Virus record (IMG/VR): IMGVR_UViG_3300032075_000002
Coordinates: 1 to 61,050 of that record
Direction: 5' to 3' (one strand)
DNA: 61,050 nucleotides
Origin: a virus
Lineage: Duplodnaviria; Caudoviricetes
A program made the position numbers and the translations under genes. Below, piece by piece: positions 20,421 through 30,468 of this stretch. The notes below the pieces were generated by a model that saw only the letters and a program-made list of their open reading frames with translations, was not told the DNA's origin and searched no databases. Numbering within the stretch: position 1 is the first letter of the stretch; every line of letters starts with the position of its first letter.

Positions 20421-20945
20421 TCAGCAGCCGTCGAACTCGGCGTCGTCGTCGTCCGGCAGGTCGTCTTCGGCCTCGATCTCCGGGCGCTCTCCGAGGACCC
20501 AGTCACCGATGTGCTTGGGCAGCTTGTTCGCCGCTCGCAGCAGCTCCAGCACTTCCTGGCACTTGGCCAGCTCTTCGCGGAGAGCCTGGTTCTCCGCGCC
20601 CATGATGTGCAGCGAGGTCTCGACGTGGTAGTCGTTCTTCGCCCGGTTCGCGGCCTCGGTCTTGAACTTGGCGTTCTCCTGGCGCAGTTCCACGTTCGCG
20701 GCGACCGCGTCGTTGTACCGCTTCTGCCAGACCTGGTTGGCGTTGTCCAGCCGGTTCGCCTCGGCGACCACCCCGTCCCAGGTGGTGTTCGATCGGCGGT
20801 ACTTGATCTCCTCGAACTGGAGGCACACGCACTGGATCACGCCGCACTGTCGCTTGTAGTAGGTGCCGCCGTGGGCACCGCGCTTGTGCTTGCAGTCCGG
20901 GTTGGAGCACTCGCGCTCCATGTCGATCAGGTCATTGATCGCCAT
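20421..20945 (-). CDS. Hypothetical protein (Cys/His N-terminus, coiled coil, acidic tail)
   Basis: RBS GAGGAG; coherent ORF. Confidence 0.65.
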   Translation of the reverse strand: MAINDLIDMERECSNPDCKHKRGAHGGTYYKRQCGVIQCVCLQFEEIKYRRSNTTWDGVVAEANRLDNANQVWQKRYNDAVAANVELRQENAKFKTEAANRAKNDYHVETSLHIMGAENQALREELAKCQEVLELLRAANKLPKHIGDWVLGERPEIEAEDDLPDDDDAEFDGC

Positions 20946-21104
20946 CGTTCTCCTCAGGTTCAGGGAGGTAGATGTCTACCACCCTCTTGTGGCGCCATGC
21001 AGGACAGTCGCACATGTAGCAGATGCTCTTGCGCTTCCCGTCCTTCCAGCGTGTGTTGTGTTGACTACTTCGGTGCCCGCACTTGCACAGGACCGGGCCG
21101 GTGG

Positions 21105-21317
21105 CTACTGCTGGTGCCACGGCTTGCCGTCCCAGTCGAACCGGCGGCCGATCGTGACCGCGTCGCCCGTTCTCTGGTCCAGCAGCATGTTGCCGTCGGA
21201 CGTCTTGACGTACGCCACGATCATCACGTGCGCGTTCTCGAACGTGACGCTCTGCACGTCCTCGCTGCGGTACCCGCAGATCGTGAGGAAGGCGTCGATC
21301 GTGGTACGGCTGATCAT
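21105..21317 (-). CDS. Hypothetical protein
   Basis: MISRTTIDAF...; ATGA overlap with upstream gene. Confidence 0.55.
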   Translation of the reverse strand: MISRTTIDAFLTICGYRSEDVQSVTFENAHVMIVAYVKTSDGNMLLDQRTGDAVTIGRRFDWDGKPWHQQ

Positions 21318-21820
21318 GACGGCTCCCCGAAGCAGGCGATGGCGGTACCCCGATGCTTCTGTGCCATGAGGTGGCCGATGCCGTGGCGCGTAGCGTCGTT
21401 GATGTGGCGGTTGGCGTGGCCCGGGGTGTGAACCCCGGCGGCTCGCAGTACGTCGTCGGTCACCATGAACTTCCCCTGGACCGGCATGTGCTCGACGTAC
21501 TTGCTGTCGATCTTGTGGCCTTCCTTGGCCCACCACGCCTCGGCTATGCCCATGACCTTCAGGGCCGTCGTCTCGATCGGCTTGCCGGTCCTGGCCACGA
21601 ACTTCTCCATGACCACGTCCACCGCGTATCCGTGGCCGACGCGGGCCATGTAGTACCACGCCGACATCTGGTCGTAGATGTCGATGGCGCGATACGGCAC
21701 AGAGCCGACGGCCATGAGGACCGGCTTGCGCGACTCCTCGTCCACACGCAGCAGGGAGAAGCCGGTGACCTTGCCGGGGTCGATGTTGATGCAGGCGTAC
21801 GGGTATCTCTCCACCCTCAC
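21314..21820 (-). CDS. RuvC-like Holliday junction resolvase
   Basis: INIDPGKVTG, VVMEKF and HINDATRH catalytic pattern; GTGA coupling. Confidence 0.8.
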   Translation of the reverse strand: MRVERYPYACINIDPGKVTGFSLLRVDEESRKPVLMAVGSVPYRAIDIYDQMSAWYYMARVGHGYAVDVVMEKFVARTGKPIETTALKVMGIAEAWWAKEGHKIDSKYVEHMPVQGKFMVTDDVLRAAGVHTPGHANRHINDATRHGIGHLMAQKHRGTAIACFGEPS

Positions 21821-22062
21821 AGCGCCACCTCCGTGAAGTTCGAGTCGTCGTCCAGATCGCCGTCCCTGTGCCGGACGGCGAGGACCATGGTCGGCTGGCA
21901 TTCGTGCTGGCTCGACGTCATGGACTTCTTCGCGATCTGTCGGGCGACCTCGATGTCAGCCGCGTCCATCAGCATCTCGAAGTAGTTGGCCCCGTCGCAT
22001 CCGTTGAGCTTGATGCGCATGGCGACCATGTTGTCGTCAGCCCACTCCTCGATCTTGCTCAC
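21817..22062 (-). CDS. Hypothetical protein
   Basis: GTG start with overlap; fills gap. Confidence 0.5.
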   Translation of the reverse strand: MSKIEEWADDNMVAMRIKLNGCDGANYFEMLMDAADIEVARQIAKKSMTSSQHECQPTMVLAVRHRDGDLDDDSNFTEVAL

Positions 22063-22113
22063 TTCGTCGTGTCCCTTCGGATGTCGCACCATGCACAACC
22101 CTTGTCCTTGCAG

Positions 22114-22332
22114 TTAACGCAGTTCATCAGCCATGTCCTCCTCTCGGATGTATCGAAGGGATTCGTCACCACCGCCGCAGACCTCTTCGTCCGGGTCCTC
22201 CGGGACCGGGTCGCCGTGTTCCGGGCAGTCCGGGTGGGCGTAGGCCACCACATCCCCATACTCCGGCAGACCAATGTCCGCCGCGTACAAGCAGATGCCG
22301 TTGCATTCCGCCTCTTCCTGTTCTCCGCTCAC
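22114..22332 (-). CDS. Small acidic Cys/His hypothetical protein
   Basis: GTGA overlap with polymerase stop; HPDCPEHG. Confidence 0.45.
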   Translation of the reverse strand: MSGEQEEAECNGICLYAADIGLPEYGDVVAYAHPDCPEHGDPVPEDPDEEVCGGGDESLRYIREEDMADELR

Positions 22333-24134
22333 GTCTTCTCCCATGAGACAGCGTGGGTACCTTCGGCCTTGAAGTGCACCTCGGGGAACCACTTCTCCGC
22401 GCTCGCCACCAGGAACTGGCGAGTCATGTGGCTGGCCTCCTCGGCCTCCTTCTCCGGTACATCCAGAGTGATGGAGTCGTGGACCAGCGCCATGAGCTGC
22501 CAGTTCTTGTTGTTCTCCTCGATCCAGTCGAAGAGGTCCATGTAGGCAAGGAAGCAGCAGTCCGAGCTGGACGACTGCGGCTCGAACGAGAGCGCTGAGC
22601 GCTCCACGTTGTCCTTGTTCTTGTTGGTGATGACGTCGTTCTGGAAGTACCGGCCGAACCTGGTGACGATGCCGGTACCCGCGTGGAGCCTGGAGTACAC
22701 CGACTGACGCCACGCCGCGAGCCCCTGTGCCGCGTTGAGGAAGTTGTCGATGATCGCCTGAGCTTCCGGCGGTCGCATCCCCAGCTCCAGCGCGATGGCC
22801 CGCGCCTGCCGCCCGTAGGCGAGTCCGTAGATGACGCCCTTGAGCGCGGCGCGCATCTCCTTCTTCTCCTCCTTGTTCCGGGGAACACGGTGGGGGAAGG
22901 CCATCGGCAGCATCCCTTCGAAGATGTCGTTCTCGTCATCCGCGAAGAGTTCGATCAGCCAGGCATCGTTGCCCAGCGCTGCCATCACCCGGAGTTCTGC
23001 CTGCGAGTAGTCAGCTTGCATCAGTACCCGGCCGAAGCCGGAGCTGACGAACTGACGCTTGATCCTCTCCTCGCGAGGCTGGTTCTGGATGTTCTTGCCG
23101 TCGGCCGACAGGCGACCGGTGACAGTCCCGAACAGCTTGTAGCTCGGGAACATCCGGTCACCGGGAAGGATCTCCTTGCTCATGGTGAGCGGAGGTACTT
23201 CGATGTTGGGCTGGACGTATGTCCCGATCGTCTTCTGCGCTTTGCGGAAGTTGATGAGGACAGGGGCGAACTCGTCGCCCTTCGCCTCCAGCTTGTCCAT
23301 CGCCTTCTCGTCGGTGGTCTTCAGCTCCACGCCTTGCAGGCCGTAGAGCTTCTTGATTTGCGCCGGAGAGCCGGGGTTGAAGGTGTGGACCCACACCGGC
23401 TTGCCCCGCACAGAGCCCGGCCCGTGGCTGCGGGGCCAGAGGTCCGCCGGGGAGGCTCCGAGGCCCTCCACGATGGCGTCAGCCTTGTCCTGGACGCTCG
23501 CCAGGGCGAGGTTCAGCTCAGCCGTCACGGTGGCCAGCAGCTCCTTGGCGTACGGGGTGTCGATGCACACCCCGTACCACTCATCCTTGGACAGGCGGTT
23601 GGTACCGCGCATCAGGATGTTCTCCATGACGAAGGTGGCGTTCTCGCTGGCCTTCACCATCGGCGCCAAGTCGGCAGCCAGAGCCCCTGTGCCCTGCACG
23701 TCCTTCGCGAGGTACGTGTAGAGCTGGGACAGGGGCACAGAGCGCATGTCCCGGTACTGCGCCTGCTCCAGTGACCAGGACTCCCAGCCGTAGAACTTCT
23801 CCACCACGATGTCCAGCGCGTGGTTCTGCGACGCCGGGTAGAGCACGTAGTGGGCGAGCTGGGTGTCGAACCACACCTTCAGCGGAGCGTGTACTCCGAG
23901 GAGGTACCAGCTCAGCGTAACGGTGTCGAACTTGCCGTTGTGGGCGACCAGGTAGCACTGCGCGAGCGCGTGGTACAACGGCTTCCACAGCTCCGAGAAC
24001 TGGTCTTCAGGTACGACCAGGGTCTCGCGGCCGTCGAACAGCCCGAGGCACAGGAGTTCGCGCTTGGCCGGGTGACGCTTGAGTCCGCCCGCTGTCTCGA
24101 TGTCGAAGACGATCCGGCGTCCTCGCCGGGCCAT
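22329..24134 (-). CDS. DNA polymerase, family A, with 3'-5' exonuclease
   Basis: ExoI FDIET, ExoII HNGKFD, TGRLS...NIQNQP, motif A DYSQAELR, motif B RAALKGVIYGLAYG, motif C VHDS. Confidence 0.95.
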   Translation of the reverse strand: MARRGRRIVFDIETAGGLKRHPAKRELLCLGLFDGRETLVVPEDQFSELWKPLYHALAQCYLVAHNGKFDTVTLSWYLLGVHAPLKVWFDTQLAHYVLYPASQNHALDIVVEKFYGWESWSLEQAQYRDMRSVPLSQLYTYLAKDVQGTGALAADLAPMVKASENATFVMENILMRGTNRLSKDEWYGVCIDTPYAKELLATVTAELNLALASVQDKADAIVEGLGASPADLWPRSHGPGSVRGKPVWVHTFNPGSPAQIKKLYGLQGVELKTTDEKAMDKLEAKGDEFAPVLINFRKAQKTIGTYVQPNIEVPPLTMSKEILPGDRMFPSYKLFGTVTGRLSADGKNIQNQPREERIKRQFVSSGFGRVLMQADYSQAELRVMAALGNDAWLIELFADDENDIFEGMLPMAFPHRVPRNKEEKKEMRAALKGVIYGLAYGRQARAIALELGMRPPEAQAIIDNFLNAAQGLAAWRQSVYSRLHAGTGIVTRFGRYFQNDVITNKNKDNVERSALSFEPQSSSSDCCFLAYMDLFDWIEENNKNWQLMALVHDSITLDVPEKEAEEASHMTRQFLVASAEKWFPEVHFKAEGTHAVSWEKT

Positions 24135-24153
24135 CACCCACGACAGCGTCTCC

Positions 24154-25104
24154 TCACGGCTGGAGGAAAGGGTGTGTTCCCCGGTCGGCGCCGCCTTCGC
24201 GTTCCCGCTGATCGCCTTCGAAGCCCGCAAAAAAGCCAGCCTCAAGTGCGTCAGGCTGTCCGGCATCGCCAGCATCTGCTTCATGCTGGGCAAGGAGATC
24301 GGCGGCAGACTTGTAGGCGTCCCCGCCATCGACAGATGCGGGGACAAGCCGGAATTCGGCCTCGTCGCCGAAGCCAGCGAAATCGTTGTGGGCACCACTC
24401 TGGCGGCGGTCTTCAGTACGTCCACCAGCGTCGGACTCGGTGCTTCCGGCAGAACCACCGTGATTGATGGGGATGACAAAGTCCGGCTCCTTCTCCTTGG
24501 TTTCTGCCGACTTCTTGGCAGCAGCCACCGTCCGAGCGGTGAACCGCGCGACGACCGGCCAGTCCGCACCCTTGTCCACGGCGCTCTGGATCAGGCGTCC
24601 GTGTGCCGACGTGGGCTCGTCCTGGCGCAGCTTCCACCACTCGATCAGCGAGCCGACCGCGTCCAGCGGCAGGTCGCCACCGAGTCGCTTCAGGGGGAAG
24701 CGGCCGGGCTTGGGGATCTTCATGGACTGGACGGTGCTCCGGCCCACGTTGAAGAGGTAGGTCAGGTTCGACAGGTTGACCAGGCCGGTGGCCACCAGCA
24801 CAGTGGCAGCGGCCCGCTTCTCGTGGCGGTCCATCTGACCACGGCGGTGGTAGGTCTCCACGTACAGCTTCAGCACCTCGATGTAGAGGTTGCTGGGGTA
24901 GTTGAACGTGATCTGCTGGCCGGTGCCGTTGCGGCGCAGGTTGTAGAGCTTGGTGACGTCGTCGTCATCCAGCCACTGCTTGACCACACCGATCAGCGTG
25001 GGGTAGAGCTGGCGGTTGATGGAGGCCAGCGCCACCTTGATGTACGGCTCACCCTCAAGCAGGGATGTCGTCGACGCTGAGGAAGCTTCGGGGGGCATTA
25101 CCAT
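24154..25104 (-). CDS. Hypothetical protein (possible HTH, acidic C-terminus)
   Basis: RBS AAGGAGA; LSNLTYLFNVGRSTVQ helix-turn-helix-like segment. Confidence 0.6.
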   Translation of the reverse strand: MVMPPEASSASTTSLLEGEPYIKVALASINRQLYPTLIGVVKQWLDDDDVTKLYNLRRNGTGQQITFNYPSNLYIEVLKLYVETYHRRGQMDRHEKRAAATVLVATGLVNLSNLTYLFNVGRSTVQSMKIPKPGRFPLKRLGGDLPLDAVGSLIEWWKLRQDEPTSAHGRLIQSAVDKGADWPVVARFTARTVAAAKKSAETKEKEPDFVIPINHGGSAGSTESDAGGRTEDRRQSGAHNDFAGFGDEAEFRLVPASVDGGDAYKSAADLLAQHEADAGDAGQPDALEAGFFAGFEGDQREREGGADRGTHPFLQP

Positions 25105-27445
25105 TCTCCTTCGGTGTGTTGGCAGCGGTATTACCACCGCCAGATCCGTATGCAGGGATGACTCCGGGGGCAACTTCATTGTCATTGACCAGCGTCCTGT
25201 AGATGACCCGTCCCCGGCCTTCAATCCGGAAGGTTACCTCTCCGGCCTCGGACAGTGCGGTGATGATTTCCTCGAACTGCTTCGGCCGCAGCTTACCCCG
25301 GAACTTCTTGTAGATCATCGTCCAGGTCATACGTCCATTGGCAGCATCCAGGACAGCGATAACCTCGTCCTGTTCGCGCTTCCAGGTGGACTCACGGATC
25401 TTGCTGGCAACGACCATCATGTGCAGGAACCACTCCTCGGCCAGCTCGATGGCCTTGAGGAGGTGGTCCATACGAACCCGGCTCGAACGCTCGACCATCG
25501 CCAGCAGGCAGGTGGCCTTGATGATGGACTTCGCCATGCGGTCCACCACCGGCTCGATCATGGCGGCCATCTCGGTCTCCGCTGCGGCGGATCCCAGGTC
25601 CCATGCCAGGTCGTTCAGCCGGTCCCAGGCGTCCTCGTCCCAGGGGATTCGGACCGGGTCTCCGCGCTTCACGTGCTTCGCCCAGAGTTCTCGGGCATCC
25701 TTCAGCTCCTGGACCATGGCGTTGTAGACCAGGTCCTCGGTCTTGACGGAGCCTCGGGTGAACTGCTCCATCCTCTCCGACTCGCGGGTGCGCTTCGGCG
25801 GCTCCGCGTGGCAGTAGATGAAGCGAGCCAGGTATCCGGACGCGAAGTCCGCTGCCGTCAGGGCGTTGGTCACGTGCTCCGTGACACCGGAGAAGTTGAC
25901 GATGAAGTTGGTGGTCTCTGCCGTTCCCAGCTTCTTCTTCTCTCCGCTGCCAACACGCTTACGCATACGAACATGGCCATCGTACAGCTCGGTCATGTTC
26001 TCCTGGAGGCCGGACAGGTATCCCTTGCTGGCCTGCTCACCGAGCAGACCGTGGACCTCGTCTCGGTGGAAGACGCTGGAGTAGCCGGGCTTGTGGCTCA
26101 GCTCCTCGGCCAGCGCTTCCGGCGTCACGTCCGAGCCGATGTCGTAGTCGTAGGTACCATCCTGGAGATCCTTCAGCAGCCTGCGCCACATACCTCGGGC
26201 GGTGGACTTGCGTGATCTCGTGGTGCTACCGAGGACCAGGAACCAGAGGTTCAGGCGGCCCATGTAGAACTTCGTGGGAGGAAGACCGAACTCTCCGAAC
26301 ACTGCGGAGATGACGGTCATGATGCCCGCCCGGTGGTATTGCGGAGCAGCGTCGGTAATGGTGCCCGCCCACTCCACGTACCTGTCTACGATGGTGTCCC
26401 GAGGGAGGTCCGCCCGCTCGACCGGCGTCAGGAACCCCCGGGCACGGGGCCTCGCCCCTCCGTCGGCCAGCTCGGCTTCCTGTGCCCGCAGGCGGAGGTA
26501 CGCCTCGATCTCCGCCTCGGACTTCGGAGCCGAATTTTCCGGCTGCTCGTACGCCTTGCACATCTCTCGCCAGAGATCCTCGAACGGGCGGTCGTCCATG
26601 CGGTACTTGCAGCAGGACGCGTTCCACGCGATCGTCAGGGCCAGCGGCTTCGGTGCCTCACGACGAGCCAGCTCCGAGAGCAGGCGCCACATGCGGTCGG
26701 AGCGGTCACCAGGAGGACCACCGTAGAGCGAGAGCAGATCAGGGTTGATGTTCAGCCATGCCTCGGCCTCCGTGATGGATGCCCATGACTTGGGATCCGG
26801 CATCGGACCGAACAGGCTGCTGTCGATGACAGCTTCGAGCTGGGGGTACTTCTCCTGGATCTCTTCCAGTTCGTACACCAGCCCGGTCGTGTATGCCTTC
26901 ACGACGAACGGCCCTGTGCCGCGAGGCTTGTTGTTGGTGGAGCCCGGGATACGGAGGAGCTGTCCCTGGTCCCACCCGCCCTTGTCGCAGCCTTGGTGGC
27001 TGTGCGCATGGGCGATCGAGCGGCCGGTGAGGCACAGCTCGGGGGAGTTGTTGGTCATGGTCTTCCAGAGCAGGTGGTACCGCTGCGGAGAAGTCTCCAT
27101 GATGATCGTGGGTTCGACGTGGAACAGGCTCGGATCGGCGCTGTCCGCATCTGCGTACACCACGGTCTGGTGCAGGATGTTGCTGGCCTTGTTGGACGAC
27201 TGGTCCTTGAACAGAGCCGGGATGATGTAGAGGTCGTACCCGGGGTTACCGAGGACCGCCGCGATCATCGTCTCGCGCTGCTCCGGCCACTTGAACCAGT
27301 GCCTCTGCACAGGGGCGCCGGGCTTCGGTACGAACGTACCTGTCTTGAAGGTGCGAATGCAGGCGTAGCCCTCCGCCTCTCCGAACAGCAGGTCGAAGTA
27401 CGCTCCTGCCAGGAGTGGCGTACCCTGCGCTATCTTCATGTGCAT
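25055..27445 (-). CDS. Primase-helicase (RepB'-like primase fused to DUF3987-like P-loop domain)
   Basis: VYADAD...ETSPQRYHLLW...QLLRIPGSTNNK primase motifs; DRSD; GSTTRSRKST, TPEAL, DEVHG, SGYLARF. Confidence 0.85.
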   Translation of the reverse strand: MHMKIAQGTPLLAGAYFDLLFGEAEGYACIRTFKTGTFVPKPGAPVQRHWFKWPEQRETMIAAVLGNPGYDLYIIPALFKDQSSNKASNILHQTVVYADADSADPSLFHVEPTIIMETSPQRYHLLWKTMTNNSPELCLTGRSIAHAHSHQGCDKGGWDQGQLLRIPGSTNNKPRGTGPFVVKAYTTGLVYELEEIQEKYPQLEAVIDSSLFGPMPDPKSWASITEAEAWLNINPDLLSLYGGPPGDRSDRMWRLLSELARREAPKPLALTIAWNASCCKYRMDDRPFEDLWREMCKAYEQPENSAPKSEAEIEAYLRLRAQEAELADGGARPRARGFLTPVERADLPRDTIVDRYVEWAGTITDAAPQYHRAGIMTVISAVFGEFGLPPTKFYMGRLNLWFLVLGSTTRSRKSTARGMWRRLLKDLQDGTYDYDIGSDVTPEALAEELSHKPGYSSVFHRDEVHGLLGEQASKGYLSGLQENMTELYDGHVRMRKRVGSGEKKKLGTAETTNFIVNFSGVTEHVTNALTAADFASGYLARFIYCHAEPPKRTRESERMEQFTRGSVKTEDLVYNAMVQELKDARELWAKHVKRGDPVRIPWDEDAWDRLNDLAWDLGSAAAETEMAAMIEPVVDRMAKSIIKATCLLAMVERSSRVRMDHLLKAIELAEEWFLHMMVVASKIRESTWKREQDEVIAVLDAANGRMTWTMIYKKFRGKLRPKQFEEIITALSEAGEVTFRIEGRGRVIYRTLVNDNEVAPGVIPAYGSGGGNTAANTPKENGNAPRSFLSVDDIPA

Positions 27446-27469
27446 CTCCTGGTAGAAACTGGGTAGTGC

Positions 27470-27502
27470 GAACGGGAGCCGGTGTAGTACCGACTCCCGT
27501 CC
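27470..27502 (-). terminator. Intergenic hairpin (terminator-like)
   Basis: ACGGGAGTCGGT-loop-ACCGGCTCCCGT then TCG. Confidence 0.5.
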
Positions 27503-27533
27503 TCACTTCATCTACTGCCGGTGGTGCTGGGTG

Positions 27534-28268
27534 TTACTCCCCGAGGAAGCCGCCCTTGTTGGGGGCCTCGCCGCCACCGGCGAACTTCTCGGCGTACTCC
27601 TCCACCGACATGTACGCACCGAGGTTGGCGAACGCCCGCGTCTCCAGCGGGTTGGCCTGGAGCGCCTGCTCCTCGGAGTTGTACTTCTTGTACTTGTTCT
27701 CGCCGCCGCCCGGGGAGTAGTGGGTGACCTTGGCCATGAAGACCAGGCCGGTCAGTTCCTTCGGCGACGGCATGACGAAGGCACCCTTGGGGATGTCCTT
27801 GTCGGCGGTGAAGATGTAGTCCGGCCCCGGAGTGGTGAGGCCGACCGGGAAGCCCTCGTCGATGTAGCGGTCCGAGAAGAACGCGCCCTTCTTGAGCATG
27901 TCCGCCGTCGGCGCCAGGCCGGTGGCCTTCAGCACGTCGAACATGGTGAAGAACGCGCCGCCCCAGAGGTTGCAGAAGACGTTGAACTTCCGGCCGTTGC
28001 CCCACTCCGAGGAGTTCGCCGTGGTCTTCACGGTGATCCGGTAGTTCGGCTTGCCGTAGTTGGCCTGGCTCTTGGTCTGCCCCGGCAGCACCTCGTACGC
28101 CGAGACCTCCAGCCACGTGCCGACGGGGATGGACTTGTACTCCGTCTGGCCCGACAGGTCGTCGGCCGTCAGGTCCAGCGAGAACCCGCCACCGGCCGCC
28201 GCTTCACCCGGCGCGGCGACCGCGTCGGACCCGAAGAAGTCAGCGTCGTCGGCGAAGTTGTCCGTCAT
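27534..28268 (-). CDS. Probable ssDNA-binding protein (DUF669-like)
   Basis: YKSIPVGTW, GRKF, aromatic/acidic termini; between nuclease and primase. Confidence 0.5.
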   Translation of the reverse strand: MTDNFADDADFFGSDAVAAPGEAAAGGGFSLDLTADDLSGQTEYKSIPVGTWLEVSAYEVLPGQTKSQANYGKPNYRITVKTTANSSEWGNGRKFNVFCNLWGGAFFTMFDVLKATGLAPTADMLKKGAFFSDRYIDEGFPVGLTTPGPDYIFTADKDIPKGAFVMPSPKELTGLVFMAKVTHYSPGGGENKYKKYNSEEQALQANPLETRAFANLGAYMSVEEYAEKFAGGGEAPNKGGFLGE

Positions 28269-28308
28269 GTGTTTTCTCCATCTGTGTGCTTGATTGTTTG
28301 GTCGGTGT

Positions 28309-29004
28309 TCATCGACCCATCATCCGGATCACTACCATCTTACAGACGTAGCAGTCCGAGTGTGATTCGAAGTTGTTGTCGCCCGCCTGGACTCGCGTCC
28401 AGATGTCCTCGGCCCTCTTGAGGCTGGCCAAGGCCACATCCCGCTGGTACGGCGCCACCATGACATAGATGTCATCGGGGTTGTTGCTGTCCCTGGGGAT
28501 GTAGATGATCGCGACGTACTTGACTTCGCGCCCGCTCTTTTCAACACCCAGACCATACATCATGATCTGCTTCTGGTGCCCAAGCGGAGGGCCTTCCAGC
28601 TTGATCTTCTTGAGCTTGGCCATGTCCACGGTCTTGTAGTCACCGACGATGCCCATCAACAGGTACTGAATGTCGATGTGCCCGTAGATGTCGCCGTAGT
28701 CGGCGATGGTGTGGATGTAGACCTTCTCCTCCAGAGCGCGGAACTCCTCGGGGAGGATCTGCTCGCGCTCCAGCTTCTCGTGGGCGGCGGTGCCGAACCA
28801 CGCCTTCAGCGAGAACCCGCTGTCGCGGGGCCTCACGTTGGGCTGGAGCGTCTTCCGGCGCAGGGATGCGGCCAGACATGCATCGCAGGGATCTCCGAGG
28901 TCAGAGGGCCCGGCAGAGCGTTGCTGGTCGCGTTCGGACTCCTGCATGATCGTCCTGCGGGTGGTGTCCAGGACGAACTGCCGTGCGTAGTCGAGCGGGT
29001 CCAT
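28309..29004 (-). CDS. Cas4-like PD-(D/E)XK exonuclease
   Basis: GPSDLGDPC, FGTAAHE, GHID, DYKT, QIMMYG, C-terminal CYVC. Confidence 0.85.
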   Translation of the reverse strand: MDPLDYARQFVLDTTRRTIMQESERDQQRSAGPSDLGDPCDACLAASLRRKTLQPNVRPRDSGFSLKAWFGTAAHEKLEREQILPEEFRALEEKVYIHTIADYGDIYGHIDIQYLLMGIVGDYKTVDMAKLKKIKLEGPPLGHQKQIMMYGLGVEKSGREVKYVAIIYIPRDSNNPDDIYVMVAPYQRDVALASLKRAEDIWTRVQAGDNNFESHSDCYVCKMVVIRMMGR

Positions 29005-29029
29005 GCGTCTCCTTCAACGTCCGTCCAAG

Positions 29030-29065
29030 GAGACTAACACCCGTCACTGACAGACGCACACGGCC
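29030..29065 (-). promoter_or_regulatory. Putative internal promoter (extended -10 TGT-TAGTCT)
   Basis: GTGTTAGTCT upstream of the Cas4-like gene; same decamer at 184-193; TGGTAGTCT at ~38420. Confidence 0.45.
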
Positions 29066-29080
29066 CTGTGCCGACACCCG

Positions 29081-29124
29081 AAAAGCCCCCGGCGCTCCGC
29101 CGTCGTCGGCAGGCACAGGGGGCT
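29081..29124 (-). terminator. Intrinsic terminator
   Basis: AGCCCCC...GGGGGCT followed by TTT on the minus strand. Confidence 0.6.
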
Positions 29125-29129
29125 GGGTA

Positions 29130-29429
29130 CTACGTAGCGTTGTCGAGCATCATGACGTACGACCGGCCGCCGTACTTCATGTGGATGACCGGGGGCTTGC
29201 CTTCCTCCGGGTCCATGATGGTGCACTCCTCCATCATCAGCATGGCGGAGAGCTGCCGGACGATCTGCTTCGCATGATCGAGGCGTTGGTAGTTGGACAT
29301 GAACTCCACAACTTCATCGTACGAAGCCAGCGGAGTACGGATGCCGTCGCGGTGACGAGTGAACTGCTCGACGTACCGGCGCAGCATGGGCTGGCCGAAC
29401 TTGTCCTCGTCGTCCTCGAAGGCACTCAC
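29130..29429 (-). CDS. Hypothetical protein
   Basis: GTGA-coupled ORF. Confidence 0.6.
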   Translation of the reverse strand: MSAFEDDEDKFGQPMLRRYVEQFTRHRDGIRTPLASYDEVVEFMSNYQRLDHAKQIVRQLSAMLMMEECTIMDPEEGKPPVIHMKYGGRSYVMMLDNAT

Positions 29430-30064
29430 GGGCGGAACAGGCTGATCATGGCCTTGGGCCAGGGCCCGGCCTTCTCGGCCTCGGCGACGAAGTTGTAGGT
29501 GCAGTTCCGAATGCCTTCAGCACTCGGACCACAGCCCATCGTGTTCGCCTCCATCCGTACCTGACGAGCGAACTCACCGACGACCCTTCCTCCGATGGCC
29601 TGGAGGAGTCGCAGCGTGTTCCCCTTGCCGTACTGTGCTTCGATCTGTCGCAGCATGTCGGCCGGGTAGACATCCTTGTCATCGTTCGGCTGGATCTCCA
29701 GCTCGAACCCCGGCCAGCAGTCGCATCCCCACTGGACCATGGGGTTGCAGTTGCACTGGTGAGAACTGACCTTCACCAGCGGCTGCACGTTCAGGCTGAT
29801 GGTCTCCTGGGCGTCGTCGCCCACGAAGGCCGGGACCTTACCGCAGTCCCGGCACAGGAACCGCGCGTCGCCGTCGCTGATCTCCAGCTTGAAGACGTCG
29901 GTGTCCTTGGAGTTGTAGCAGAAGTCCCACCCCTTCGCCTCCGGCGACATGTGATCCGGAGGGTTCAGCGGATCGTTGGCCAGCTCGGCCTCCGCCGCCT
30001 CGAAGGGGTTGTACGGGTCCTCGTTCGAGTGGTGCTTGTCCGCGATCTCATCGAAGATGCTCAC
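29426..30064 (-). CDS. Hypothetical Cys-rich protein
   Basis: RBS GGAGG; CRDC, CNC, CDC. Confidence 0.6.
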   Translation of the reverse strand: MSIFDEIADKHHSNEDPYNPFEAAEAELANDPLNPPDHMSPEAKGWDFCYNSKDTDVFKLEISDGDARFLCRDCGKVPAFVGDDAQETISLNVQPLVKVSSHQCNCNPMVQWGCDCWPGFELEIQPNDDKDVYPADMLRQIEAQYGKGNTLRLLQAIGGRVVGEFARQVRMEANTMGCGPSAEGIRNCTYNFVAEAEKAGPWPKAMISLFRP

Positions 30065-30468
30065 GGTTGTACCTCCGGGTGGAGAAGCGCGATGTCGGTC
30101 GCCTCCTCCGTGCTCGGGTCAAGGAGCACTTCGCCCACCGGCATGTACTTCGCCGTGAGCATCCGCTCCCATCGCTGGGGAAGACTCAGGTCTTCCCATG
30201 CCTTGTCGCGGGCCCGCTCGTACAGCGGCGAGTCCCACTTGTGACGCGTCTGGCCCTCGCTGCCGTCCTTCTTGACGTTCGGGCCATGCATGTAGAACTC
30301 GATGGGGTGCCACACCCCGCCGCCCCGGTAGCTGTACTTGATGACAGCCTGGTCCGGCCGGATGTTCTTGGTGCAATAGCTGGCCTTGATGACCAGCGCG
30401 TTGGCCAAGGCCACCGTCACCGTAGCGATGACGGAGGACTTGTTGGCCTGCTTGTGGAGCATGACCAT
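30061..30468 (-). CDS. Hypothetical protein
   Basis: TGATG coupling; RBS GGAG. Confidence 0.55.
   Translation of the reverse strand: MVMLHKQANKSSVIATVTVALANALVIKASYCTKNIRPDQAVIKYSYRGGGVWHPIEFYMHGPNVKKDGSEGQTRHKWDSPLYERARDKAWEDLSLPQRWERMLTAKYMPVGEVLLDPSTEEATDIALLHPEVQP

Noticed and set aside
28309-29004. CRISPR system implied by the Cas4-like gene
   Set aside because: Stand-alone phage nuclease; no repeat-spacer array or other cas genes seen
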